The position numbers and the translations under genes were made by a program. Under the pieces are notes generated by a model that worked only from the letters and a program-made list of their open reading frames with translations, did no database searches and had not been told where the DNA came from. From Eledone cirrhosa (taxonomy: Eukaryota), in assembly GCA_964016885.1 (NCBI GenBank), contig OZ024743.1:331762001-331826000 (forward strand): a stretch of 64,000 nt of DNA. Reading direction: 5' to 3'. Positions 25,257-37,675 of this stretch are shown one piece after another. How positions within the stretch are numbered: position 1 is the first letter of the stretch; every line of letters begins with the position of its first letter.

Positions 25257-26187
25257 CTAGCAGTAAAGCCCGGCGTTGCTCGGGGTCCCTCAGTAGCTGT
25301 GTTAAAGTTACAATGTTAAGTTTCTTTCTTGGCTTAAAAACTGTAATGTCTACTGTGCAGACTTGCATGTGGTGTTTTTGATTAATATTCCCTCAACCAA
25401 CAATATGCCTTATGAAGTTAAGAAAACATAACGATAACCCGAATGTTATAACAAAAGAGGATGCTGGGGATAGAAACTGCACTGGTTATTTATTAACAAA
25501 GATCGAAAATGTAAACACTGCAACGCAGAGAAAAACATTAGCGTAACCAAATTATCAGTTATGTCTGTCTGCACGCCTATATCACCTCTCTGCACGACTG
25601 TCTGTCTGCACGCCTATATCACCTCTCTGCACGACTGTCTGTCTGCACGCCTATATCACCTCTCTGCCCGACTGTCTGTCTGCACGCCTATATCACCTCT
25701 CTGCACGACTGTCTGTCTGCACGACTGTCTGTCTGCACGACTGTCTGTCTGCACGCCTAACGACGAAATATTTGCTTGTTTTACGTAGTCTTTAAATAGA
25801 CTTGTTTTCAAGTAAAAATATTGTTTTAAAATGCTTTTAAATGGAAATGAAGCAAAACGGAAGCTTAGTGTTCGAACTGATGAATTTTGCAGGTCAATAT
25901 TTTGCTGGCTCGACAACTGTTAAAGCCAGCGTAATTTTTTACGTAAGACGCTCAATGTAAACAGAACAAAGGGAAATAACTGATAACTTACGCTCAAAAA
26001 TCGATACATTATATTCGATTTCGTCACATAGGGTGGGTCAATTTGAAATTTTTTTTTTTCCGATGTCTTCGCTGGGGCTCAATGTACAAGTATAGCAATT
26101 TCGGTGCAATTCCGTGAGATATTCTAAGAGGAGATGTGTGCCAAAAATCGATAGACAGACAGACAACCACAGTTTTATATATATAGA
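25257..26187 (-). mobile_element. Non-autonomous Helitron
   Basis: On the minus strand: 5' TC(TATATATATAAAAC), 3' hairpin CCCGAGCAACGCCGGG about 8 nt before terminal CTAG, inserted between A and T with no TSD; internal 37-bp minisatellite at 25563-25758. Confidence 0.85.
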
Positions 26188-26372
26188 TAATAGGATATGT
26201 GTTCCTACACGCACAAAGCGCTAAGGGACACATGTATTGTCCAACCATATGCCAATGTGGTTCAATGGCAGGTTAATAAATTAACGAGCCAGAACATATA
26301 TAATCAAGGTTTAGCAAATAATGACAAAATTTCAAAATAAATTTTAAAAAATTGACTTTACTTACTATAGTT

Positions 26373-26455
26373 ACCTTTACCGAATCGGTTTCGAATCTCA
26401 AAAATAAACGGAGACATACGGCCTTCGTTGCAAAGAAAGATTCTCGTCAGAAGGT
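26373..26455 (-). ncRNA. Type I hammerhead ribozyme, intact core
   Basis: ACCTT-CTGACGA-GAATCT..AGATTC-GAAAC-CGATTCG-GTA-AAGGT on the minus strand. Confidence 0.85.
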
Positions 26456-26894
26456 TCATTTCATTCGAAGAATATAAAATTCTTGAATTTAGGTAACTAT
26501 AGTAAGTAAAGTCAATTTTTTAAAATTTATTTTGAAACTTTTTCATTATTTGCTAAACCTTGATTATATATGTTCTGGCTCGTTAATTTATTAACCTGCC
26601 ATTGAACCACATTGGCATATGGTTGGACAATACATATGTCCCTTAGTGCTTTGTGCGTGTAGGAACACATATCCTATTATTACTATTCTCCTCTATGTTG
26701 AGAAAAAATTTGGTCGTTCCGACTCCTGCTAGCGATAGTGGTGGCCGATTGACCAACCTCCCTCTGCCTCTATCTTTACTTTCGGCCCTAGAAAAAATTG
26801 ATTCCACTTCATTTACTCTCATCTCGGGAACAGTTTTGGATAGCGCTAGTTCGTAATTTAAATTCAAGAATTTTATATTCTTCGAATGAAAAGA

Positions 26895-26978
26895 ACCTTC
26901 TGACGAGAATCTTTCTTTGTAACGAAAGCCGTATGGTCTCCGTTTATTTTTGAGATTCGAAACCGATTCGGTAAAGGT
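26895..26978 (+). ncRNA. Type I hammerhead ribozyme, intact core
   Basis: Stem I ACCTT/AAGGT, CTGACGA 26900-26906, stem II GAATCT/AGATTC, GAAAC 26959, stem III ACCG/CGGT, GUA cleavage after 26973. Confidence 0.88.
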
Positions 26979-27046
26979 AACTATAGTAAGTAAAGTCAAT
27001 TTTTTAAAATTTATTTTGAAACTTTTTCATTATTTGCTAAACCTTG

Positions 27047-27095
<49 letters not shown>

Positions 27096-27099
<4 letters not shown>

Positions 27100-28343
27100 G
27101 AAGAAGAAATTCCAAACATGGAAGCATGGCCTAGAATCAAAAGGCCTTAAAATTAACCTGTCTAAGACTAAAGTTCTAGTTTGTAGGAAGGAAAATAGGG
27201 CACCGGTCCCATCCGGGAAATGGCCATGCTCAGTGTGTAGGAAAGGAGTAGGTAGAAACTCCATTTTATGTCCCAAATGCAAAGTATGGGTGCATAAAAG
27301 ATGTAGTGGGATCACAGGTAAGCTAACTAAGAACATAGATTTTATATGTGGCCGGTGCTCTGGTGCAATAAGTAGCAGCAAGTGCCCACAGAATACTAGC
27401 TCATTCCATTGCACAGATGGTTCTATAGAAATAGTGGACACCTTCTGTTACCTGGGTGACAAAATCAGCAGTGGGGGAGGGTGCTCTGAAAGTACTGTAG
27501 CTAGAGTCAGAACTGGATGGAAAAAGTTCAGAGAGCTTATACCACTATTAGCCGCTAAAGGGTTCTCCCTAAAAATGAAAGGCAGGCTGTATGATGCCTG
27601 CATACGAACAGCAATGTTACATGGCAGTGAGACCTGGGCATTGTGTGCAGAGGATATATGCAGACTGGAGAGGAACGAAGCTTGCATGCTCCGCTGGATG
27701 TGTAATAGTAATATACGTGAACGGCAAAGCATAAACGAACTAAGGGAAAAATTAGAAATAAGAGGGATCAGATGTTGTTTACTCGAGAGAAGACTATGTT
27801 GGTATGGTCACGTGATGCGCATGAAAGACGACAGCTGTATAAAAACCTGGGACGACTTGATAAATTCCGACCTCACACACTTACACCTCTCCAAGACAAT
27901 GTCACTGGACCGAGATCTTTGGCGCTACACAGTAATAGAGAAGACCCGCCTTACCTAAGTACAAAGTGAAACCTACTACAGTCAGTAGCACCTCTAACAA
28001 AATACACCCCGTCCCACTACCGCCACCCCATCCACACCACCCCTTTCAATGTAAAGTTATGTTGGTATCACAACATCCAGTCCACGCTGTAATGTGGCCG
28101 TGTAGGTGTCACAACAAAAAAACACACAGTCCACGCTGTAATGTGGCCGTGTAGGTAACACGGTATAAACCTCCCAGTTGCACACTGTAAATGTGGTTGG
28201 TGTTAGGAAGGGCATCCAGCCATAGAAAACCCGCCAGACAGTCCTATGCGAGCAAGACAACCACTCTTGCCTCAAGTGGGAAAATTCACGTTCAAACCCA
28301 TGCAAGTGTGGAAGATGGACGTTAAACGATGATGCTGATGATG

Positions 28344-28345
<2 letters not shown>
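27096..28345 (+). mobile_element. 5'-truncated RTE LINE (subfamily 1)
   Basis: ORF 27233-27958 with PHD-like finger and RTE C-terminus; small deletion before TWDD; 3'UTR; (GAT)n tail; in (TA)n. Confidence 0.95.
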
Positions 28346-28434
<89 letters not shown>

Positions 28435-29067
28435 CTGGCCAATGAGGAAGAATGGAAATCATACCAGAGATAATCATGTGGATGGCAAAATGAGTGGCAG
28501 CAGTAATGACATTAGAAATACATTAACAGACCATCATCATCATCATAATGATAATAGTAATAAAAACTAGAGGTACCACATACAACACCACCAACACACA
28601 AGCATTACCATCGCCAAAATTGTCACCCCCAGCATCACCATCACCACCATTAACAACAACACTAGCAGCAGTAACAAACTTAATTCAGCTGTGTATTGTC
28701 CTAAATCCCTACTTTGAAGGTAGTAAACACCACAAGAGCAGCAGTACCATTGTTAAGTTCACTCACCAAACATGGACTAAAAGTATTAATGCCAGTACAT
28801 CACCTTCAAAGATTGGACAAAGTGGCTGTAAGTGTGCGTGTGTGTTAAGTGTGTGTTAAGTGTGTGTGTGTGTAAGTGTGTGTGTGTGTAAGTATGACTG
28901 TCAATTGCCTTAACTTGAATGCAAATAAAATCTACACCAAACCAATGCTATCCACGAAAACAAACAATGCAATCTATAAGCTTACACAGAAGCCCACCAA
29001 CAACACATGTATATATTTACATAATGCTTCGAGAAGATGTGTGTGTGTATGTGTATATATATGTGTG

Positions 29068-29106
<39 letters not shown>

Positions 29107-30701
29107 TTATATATAGCTATACACACATACACACACACACACATACAGAGTGACAGAGACAGAAAATGGACATTTGATAATATATTTATAGGTAGATATA
29201 GTCAGGATAAAGTATTGATCCCTCCCTGCTTTCAATTATTATCAATAATCAATCAGTATTGGAGTGGGTGGGTGGGTGAGTGGATAGGATAAAGAAAGAT
29301 CAGATATTATGAGTTCCTTACTGGATGAATGTTAACCATTTTCATATCATCCAAACCAAAACAGGTTCTGATCCTATGAAAGAAAACCATTTTACAAGGT
29401 TCCTATGTAAATTAATATCTTCCAGAATAATTTTATATGAGAAACCTTAGTAATAAAATGAAATCTTAGTAATAAAATAATGAATAATTTTGGTATATCC
29501 CTCAAAATTCTCCACAAGGCTCCTATTTATATAAAATCTTCCAACTTAATTTTATATAAGAACCATGTTAAATTACTATCTTAGTAATAAAGTAATTAAT
29601 AATTTTGGTAAATTCCTCAAAATTCTTCTCTAATTAACTGAAATAATTGGCTCCTATTTATATCAAAATCTTCCAACGTAATTTTATATGAAGACCATAG
29701 GTTAAATCACTATCTCAGTAATGAAATAATAATTTTAGTAAATCTCTCAAAGTTCTTAATTGATATACAGGTTTTTTTATATGGTGTCTCTTCAGTTGTG
29801 TCAAGAGTATGGCAAACTCTCTAGTGTTGGTTCCAGAAAAAAGGCGCCCAGTACACTCTGTTAAATGGTTGCTGATAGGTACACTATTACACCAAAGTGT
29901 CCATCACATTTTCTTCCATTATTTTAAAGCTATATATACATAGCAAGAAATAAACAAATGAACTTATGTTTCGAAATGATGAGCCAAATTTGAAATGCCT
30001 ATGAAAACCTTTCAATATCTATCGAATTTGTTTGACTACAGAAAAAATAATCCAAATAATAGAGCATGAATTATCTCCCTTCTCTCCTCCTTTTCAGCTC
30101 AGTAGAACTGAGAGAGCTCTTCAGTTGGGACAGAAACCGACACCCTTTCTAGTGTTGTTGCCACAAAAATGCACCCAGTACACTCTGTAAAGTTGTGGGT
30201 GATAGGAAGAGCATCCCACTGTAGAAACCACACCAAAAGGATCAAGAGGACCCTTCAATTATGTCATCAGTGGAATGACAAACACACCCAGTACACACAC
30301 ATTGAAGGGCATCCAATTACAGAAAGGTTGCCAAACAAAGGACTGGGAGGACCTTTCAGTTGTGTCAATGAAATGACAATCATTCTTGCAATGGTATTCT
30401 CAATTAAATCATGCAAAACCTTTTTGCAGATTTGAGAGCTTGTGTGTGTGTGTTTGTGTGCGTGCGTGAACTTGTCTTGTACATCATCTTTCTTTATTTC
30501 CAGTCACTTCTGTGTGCCACCACATTTCTCCTTGTCTTTCAATTTTTTTCTATATTTCATCAACCTGTCGCCCACCTTATGGATTGTCTCTCTCTACCGA
30601 CCACTGGTTGTTGGCCTCTATCCTCTCAGGCATTTTTACCCATCGCTGTCATTAACAGCATTTTTGCTATTCTACAATGAGTTTTCTCATTTTGATATGA
30701 A

Positions 30702-30771
<70 letters not shown>

Positions 30772-30930
30772 TTTATGTTATTTGTTCTGCAAGATTCTTG
30801 ATGTGAATATTCGCAACATGACCATCCCCAAATATAACAATGTGTGTATATATATATATATATATATTAAATATTTCCATAGGAAGGGTAAAGGAAAGGA
30901 GAATGCTCTATGTAAGCTACAGAGGTATTT

Positions 30931-31075
30931 AGTTATGTAATAAACAGCATAAGACAATTATTCCAAAAGTTTCACGAAGACAGACGAGCTCGACACACGT
31001 CTGTGTCGAGCTCGTCTGTCTTCGTGAAAGCTTTGGTAAATGGAATAATTGTCCTATGTTGTTTATTACATAACT
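30931..31075. repeat. Fold-back inverted repeat
   Basis: 28-bp perfect arms 30970-30997 / 31002-31029, with imperfect extension to ~70 bp. Confidence 0.9.
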
Positions 31076-31099
31076 ATATATATATAGTAAACGAGTGAA

Positions 31100-31243
31100 G
31101 TTCAAAGTATTAGCAATTGTTTCATTAGTCCGGTGTGTCTAAAAGAAAAAAAAAAAAAAAAAAAGAAATCGCTGTTCGCAAGCTGTTACATCACTCGATT
31201 TTAATTACAGTCGATACCCAACCAAATCATCAGAATACTGAAC
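31100..31243 (-). ncRNA. Degenerate hammerhead with long stem-II insertion, probable 3' end of the Naiad-like element
   Basis: GTTCAGTATT-CTGATGA...GAAAC AATT GCT-AATACTTTGAAC; cleavage triplet is non-canonical. Confidence 0.45.
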
Positions 31244-31400
31244 TGTGTACATGATATAATGCGGTAGTATTTATAGATACATGAAAAAATAACAGAAATG
31301 AAAGCAATAATAATAATAATAATAATAATACAAGGGGAGGTGCAGTAATGAGGGGGATACTGGGATAGAGACGTAAAATAGTAGTAATAATAATAATAAC

Positions 31401-33206
31401 ATGCCTCATTCCTGGATCACCAAAAGCCTGGAGATCTTCAGGGTGGCAGATAACATCACACAGTTGCTGGACAGGAGTATGGGGTCCTGGGAGACAGAGT
31501 TGACATCAACTGGAGTATCCTTGGGAAGCGTGAAGATCAAGAGAGGTATCTTCCAGGGAGATAGCCTGTCCCCTCTGTTGTTTGTCCTTGCCCTGATGCC
31601 CTTGACCATTATGCTGCGAAAAGTGAGAGCAGGATACAAGTTGGGAAGGGGAGAGCTTACCATCAATCACCTCCTCTTCATGGACGATCTTAAGCTCTTC
31701 GGGAAAAGTGAGAAGGAGTTGGATGTGCTTGTTGACACTGTCCGTATTTTCAGCAGTGATATATGTATGCAGTTTGGTATTGGTAAATGTGGAGTCATTG
31801 TGATGAAGAGGGGTAGGTTGAGCAGAAGTAACAGGATCCAGATACCAACAGGTGAGATGATAAAGGAAATTGACTCTGAGGAAGGATACAAGTATTTGGG
31901 CGTTCTGGAGGCTGATGGCATAAAGAACAAAAAAATGAAGGAATTGTTAAGAACTGAATACATTCGGAGAGTAAGGAGCGTATTGAAGTCACATCTGAAC
32001 AGCAGAAATGCCATAAGCGCAGTAAATTCCCGAGCTGTGTCTATTATTAGGTACAGTGCGGGAATTCTGAGATGGAATGTTGCTGAACAAAAAGAAATGG
32101 ATAGGAAGACTAGGAAGATATTGACTATCTACAACATGTTCCACAAGAGGAGTGATGTCGATAGACTCTACCTAAGGAGATCTGAGGGTGGAAGAGGTCT
32201 TATCAGCATAGAGGACTGTGTTCAGATGGAGAAAAACAACCTATACAAATACGTGACCTATAGTAAGGAGCCAATGCTCAGAGCTGTACTGAAGGAGGGG
32301 ACAGTAGGCCAGGGGATATCCAAGGAGGAAATAACATCAAGGAGGAAGAGCAGCCTTAAGGGAAAATCCCTTCATAGTACCTTCTTTGAGAAAACTGAAT
32401 TTAGAGATCCACAGACATGGAACTGGTTGAGAAGAGGAGACCTCAAAAAGGCTACAGAAGGAATGCTAATGGCTGCGCAGGAGCAGGCCCTCAAAACGAA
32501 GTGGTTGAAGCACCATATCTACAAGGAGGAGGCTAGCCCACTGTGCAGGATCTGTGGAGAGAGAGAGGAGACTGTGGCTCACATTGTGTCCGAGTGTAAA
32601 CACCTAGCCCAGACCCACTATAAGGGCTGGAGACACGATGTGATGGGCAGGGTGATCCACTGGCACCTGTGCAAAGTAAACAATCTACCACATTCTGAGA
32701 AATGGTATGAGCATAGGCCAGAGGCGGTGATGGAGAACAGTCAGGTGAAGGTGCTGTGGGATTTTAGGATACAGACGGACAAAAAACTGGAACACAATAG
32801 ACCTGACCTGGTGGTTGTGGACAAAGAAAAAAGATCGTGCCTGATTGTGGATGTGGCCTGCCCGTTCGACACGAGAGTGCAAGAGAAGGAGAGGGAGAAA
32901 ATTAACCGATACCAGGACCTAAAGTGGGAGGTGAAAAGGATTTGGAACTGCCATGAAGTCAAAGTGATCCCGATTGTCATAGGCGCACTGGGGACTATCT
33001 CCAAAGGTTTCCAGGGATGGTTAAAGAAAATCGGCCCCTTCACGCTTTTTGGAACGCTTCAAAAGGCATGCTTGCTTGGAACAGCAAGAACCCTCCGATA
33101 CGTCCTGAATATCTGAGGCTGCAGGTAGTGGCTTGATATTCAATCCAACGGACTTTCCAGTTAACCAACATCAATGACTGAGATTCAAGGAATAACAATA
33201 ATAATA
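31401..33206 (+). mobile_element. 5'-truncated R4/Dong-type non-LTR retrotransposon (RT + CCHC + restriction-like endonuclease)
   Basis: Uninterrupted ORF 31401-33116: QGDSLSP, LFMDD, CRICGEREETVAHIVSEC, RPDLVVVD..IVDVACP; short 3'UTR ending in (AAT)n; 73-bp TSD. Confidence 0.93.
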
Positions 33207-33845
33207 CAAGGGGAGGTGCAGTAATGAGGGGGATACTGGGATAGAGACGTAAAATAGTAGTAATAATAATAATAACATGGAAATAATAATAATAACATGG
33301 AAAAAATAATAGGAAAAGTGGTATGAAGAGATGATATGATAAGGAAGATAATGCAGAACATTTAACGTAACTTGACAGTGTAATAAAATGGGATGAGATA
33401 GGATAATGACGACAGTCAAATAAAGTGGGGTGAGATGAATTAAATAGATGTAACAGCGAAATATAAAATAGAAAGATAATGATAACAGATGGGTAATTAG
33501 GATTGGGGTATTTTGAAGAGTATTATCTTAATGGTAGATTGATGGTAATGCTTGCTATATAGGGTGCTGTGTGTGAGAGGGTGTGTCTATAACGAAAGGG
33601 TACTCAATCACTGAGGGAGCATCGGTTGATCTTATGTTTGATTGGTCAAAAGTTCATTACTTTGCTTACTATTGGTAGATGTAGGAAGCTTTCGCCCATA
33701 CGTGGCTGACAGTCAATCATAGTAAGGAGGTGAAAAATTGGTTTGCTGGCGCCAGTTTTGAAGATGTTTAAATCCAGGAGTTATGTTGTTTATATGGATA
33801 ATGAGGTTTCCAGATCGAATCATGCTCATCTCGGTTTGTAGATAG

Positions 33846-34400
33846 AGAATTCACCAGCGGCTTTGTGCCTGCAGAAAATTATCCGCTAAATTTTGCTGTT
33901 AAGCAGCGTTTTATCATATTGTAGAATATGGAGTAGTTCCATATTGCAGAGTCCACAATGGGACATCCCATTCATGTAGACTTTTGCATTTGATTATTTC
34001 AATCAGCTAATTTCATATCCTTGATTATTGTCCTTAAGCTGCCAGATTTTATTGGTCAGCATTGTTGTGTTACTGAGTTTCCAGTTCTTTATGGAGTGTC
34101 GATGCACATACATTTTTGAAGTCACCAGCCATAGAACCTATGTAATACCACACCAGGTCACCAGACTTAATAGTGAATAGATATACCATACTGGACTCCA
34201 GGCATCTATTCCATAGTGGGCATTTATCTGGTAGGTGGCAGTTGCATTTGGGGGCTTCCTATGTACAGGTTCCTCGTTATAGGTCAATATGTGGTTTGAG
34301 ACAGGCTGCGATTTTAGTCTGTTGGTGTTTAGTTGTGACATATACTGACAAACAGATGGTTGTAATGCCGTCATGTGGTTGCGTTTTGTAATTGATGTTA
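33846..34400 (-). pseudogene. Penelope-like (Naiad-type) GIY-YIG remnant
   Basis: Manual translation from 34249 downward: KCNCHLPDKCPLWNRCLESSMVYLFTIKSGDLVWYYIGSMAGDFK/YVHRHSIKNWKLSNTTMLTNKIWQLKD..IS*LK*SNAKVY..CGLCNMELLHIL..LLNSKI*RIIFCRH. Confidence 0.85.
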
Positions 34401-34407
34401 CGGTGTG

Positions 34408-34457
<50 letters not shown>

Positions 34458-34626
34458 GAGTCTGCTTCTAAACCTTATTATGTACGAAGCTGTCTGATGA
34501 GATCATGGCATTGGATTTAACACAGAATTACATGGCTCCTGCTGTCATCAAAATATATATAACAGCCTTTCAATAAAGGAATTTTAACATCTGAATTACT
34601 TTGTATATCATTATTTTCTCTCTCAG

Positions 34627-34816
34627 GGCGGTGGATTGGCAGTATCGGTAGAGGGTCGGACGCCATGCTTTGACGCATAGAGTTACGCCCTTGCCATTCT
34701 GAATTCAAATCCTGACGAGGTTAACTTTGCCTTTCATCCTTACGGGGTCGATAAAATAAAGTACCAGTAATATACTGGGTAATTGCTGGCCTTGTGCCAA
34801 AAGTAGAAACAATTAT
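34627..34816 (+). mobile_element. SINE family A, full length
   Basis: GGCGGTGGATTGGCAGTATCGG head, B-box, Nin-like domain, AGAAACAATTATT tail. Confidence 0.9.
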
Positions 34817-34838
34817 TTTCTCTCTCTCTCTCTCTCTT

Positions 34839-34907
<69 letters not shown>

Positions 34908-35674
34908 GTAATATATATATGTGTGTGTATGTATGTATGTATGCATATATATGAAGAAAATGAGAGAAAATAAACACGTTTCCTCTCCATGCACTTGCTC
35001 ACCCTCCCTCCCTCTCATAATGGGCTCCTCCAGGGCTGTATAAACTCTCCACTGAATGAGATGTGTGAAGGTGATCAGTAAGTCGTTATTAGTGTCACAG
35101 ACAGACATTTCAATGCTGTTCTATTGATCATGTTGTATGTCTGTTTAGAAATCCCCGGAGATGTCTTACATTAAATGCTATGGTGACCTTCTCCAAGAAA
35201 CTACAAAGGAATTTACTTGAACAAAGTCTGTTGCTTTTGTTATAATTTTCAAAACTTCCATGGAAACATTTAACATGCAATAAACCATTAAGAATAGTAC
35301 AGTATTCACCCTTTTCATAGCAAACCACCCGAAACCACCCCTAGTTCTATGATATGAAACTATTTGTATTTATATAAAAGCCTTCCATTATAATTCTATG
35401 ATTGAGTTATGTTCCAAATACCACCCCAAATTAGGCCTAGAGCCTGTCACCCTCTCCTCTTCCCCGATCTCTTTCTTCAGTAGGTTAATACTCCTTACTC
35501 TTTCCCTCCTTTTCTTCTCATTTATGGCATTTATAGTCCTTTCCTTTACTTTCCTATACAACCAGATCTGACCTTTAGCCCTTCCTCCTTTTTTTTCATT
35601 TATTATATAATTAATTATGAAAACTGAATAAATTATTTAAATAAAAAAAACAATATATATATATATAAATATAT

Positions 35675-35675
35675 G

Positions 35676-35761
<86 letters not shown>

Positions 35762-35800
35762 GAGAGGGAGAGAGAGAGAGAGGGAGAGAGAGAGAGAGAG
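35675..35800. repeat. (GA)n microsatellite
   Basis: Visible run. Confidence 0.95.
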
Positions 35801-36174
35801 CTAGCTATTCAAAAAATATGTAGAGAATAAAAGAAAACATTAAAACATAGCAAATTAGTTTGAATTATTGAAAATGAACTAAATTAGAAAATGAAATAAT
35901 TAATGAGAACGTTAGTTATATTAAAAAATGCATTCAATCTCTTCATTATTTTCAAAATGGTTTGGAAATTATAGTTGGTGTCTACCATAAGAAACATGGT
36001 TACAAACATGTTAAATCAAAATATAATTAATACTGAAATATAATTTTGTGCAAATGTATATATTTACTATGTCACATGCTGAATTTAGTCTTTAAAATCT
36101 TTCTTGTCAATTATGGTATCACTTATAATAATATCCAATGTGTATGTTTACAGGCTTGCTGAGTACATGGCATC

Positions 36175-36500
36175 TTCCCTAGTGTTGGTACCATGATAAA
36201 ATATACTCAGTACATTCTGTAAAGTATCAAAGCTGTTCCACAATAAAATCCAATCCAATCCAATCTGTAAAGTAGTAATGCTGATGCCACACTAAAATAC
36301 ACTCAGTATACTCTGTAAAGTGATAGTACTGGTGCAACAATAAAATGCACTCAATACTCCCTGTAAAGCATTAGTGCTGGTGTCACAATAAAATAAATCC
36401 ACTATGCTCTGAGAAGTAGTAATGCTGGTGCCATAATAAAATGCACGCAGCTCACTCTGTAAAATGGTTGGTGTTAGGAAGGGCATCCAGCTGTAGAAAT
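36175..36500 (+). repeat. Degenerate array of the ~48-nt RTE-tail module
   Basis: CTGTAAAG..AGT.CTGGTG.CACAATAAAA..CACTCA about six times, ending in GGTTGGTGTTAGGAAGGGCATCCAGCTGTAGAAA. Confidence 0.7.
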
Positions 36501-36974
36501 CATCCCTAATATGGAACCTATGAGCAAGACATTGTTCTCTTAGTCCAGAGATGGGGAACTTGCGACATTCTATGCCATTCTATGCGGCCTTTTGAAAGAA
36601 TAAAAAATATCCAACAAATTTTCAATTTTTTAAAATTTGTTTTCGTCTGTCTCTTATTATATTGATTTAAACCATAAGATGAACATAATTTAAATACCAA
36701 AAAGTTAAAGAAAATTTAACAAAATAATCTACACAAACAGACAGTCAGAATTAAAACATTAGTAGATCCTGAGGGTCATTCATAGATCATAATTGCAACT
36801 AAATATCAAAATACTTTCCTACAACAAGCAGTCACAACAAAGTCATTAATTAGTTTTAAAATTAATTTTTTTTTGTTTCATAGATAATAGATAATTAGTA
36901 CATAGTAGTTAGATTTTTACGAAATAATGTAAATTTTAAGAATATATAATTATGGTTTCTTGAATGTGGCCTGG

Positions 36975-37162
36975 TTGGTGGATTGGCAGTATCGGTAGAG
37001 GGTCGGACGCCATGCTTTCCAGCATAGTTACGTCCCTTTACGATCTGAGTTCAAATCCCGCCGAGGTTGACTTTGCCTTTCATCCTTACGGGGTCGATAA
37101 AATAAGTACCAGTAATGCACTGGGTAATTGCTGGCCTTGTGCCTAAAGTAGAAACAATTATA
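36975..37162 (+). mobile_element. SINE family A
   Basis: Homologous to 34627-34816. Confidence 0.9.
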
Positions 37163-37286
37163 TTACAAATAACTTAATGTAGCCTTTCAACATAAAAAAG
37201 TTCCCCACCTGTCTTAGCTCATCCAATTTTGGACAATGAAAACTCATAACACTTATGTCAACGTAGAAGATCGATGTAAATTAATG

Positions 37287-37322
<36 letters not shown>

Positions 37323-37599
37323 ACAGGCATGTGTGTGTCATATTTCTTACTAATATATATATTCACACACATATATATATATATATATGTATGTATGTAT
37401 ACACACATACTTATATATATACACTACATAAACACATATAGATATATAGATATATATATATATATATACATACATATACTACACATACACATATAGATAT
37501 ACATACACATATAGATATATATATACATACATAAGTATATATACATACACATATAGATATATAGATATACATACATATACTACATATACACATATACAT

Positions 37600-37638
<39 letters not shown>

Positions 37639-37675
37639 AATACTACATATACACATATACATTAACACATATATA

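Larger units (their letters stand above)
26187..27053 (+). mobile_element. Non-coding hammerhead-bearing element: inverted partial copy followed by a ~1.15-mer tandem
   Basis: 26187-26491 is the reverse complement of the permuted unit; the plus-strand unit runs 26491-26973 and then repeats its start from 26974 to 27053. Confidence 0.85.

Noticed and set aside
26643-26999. 118-aa ORF across the hammerhead unit
   Set aside because: Antisense to the ribozyme, no recognisable motif, and disrupted in the inverted copy
34494-34530. CTGATGA-GATC possible hammerhead
   Set aside because: No GAAA and no stem I or stem III
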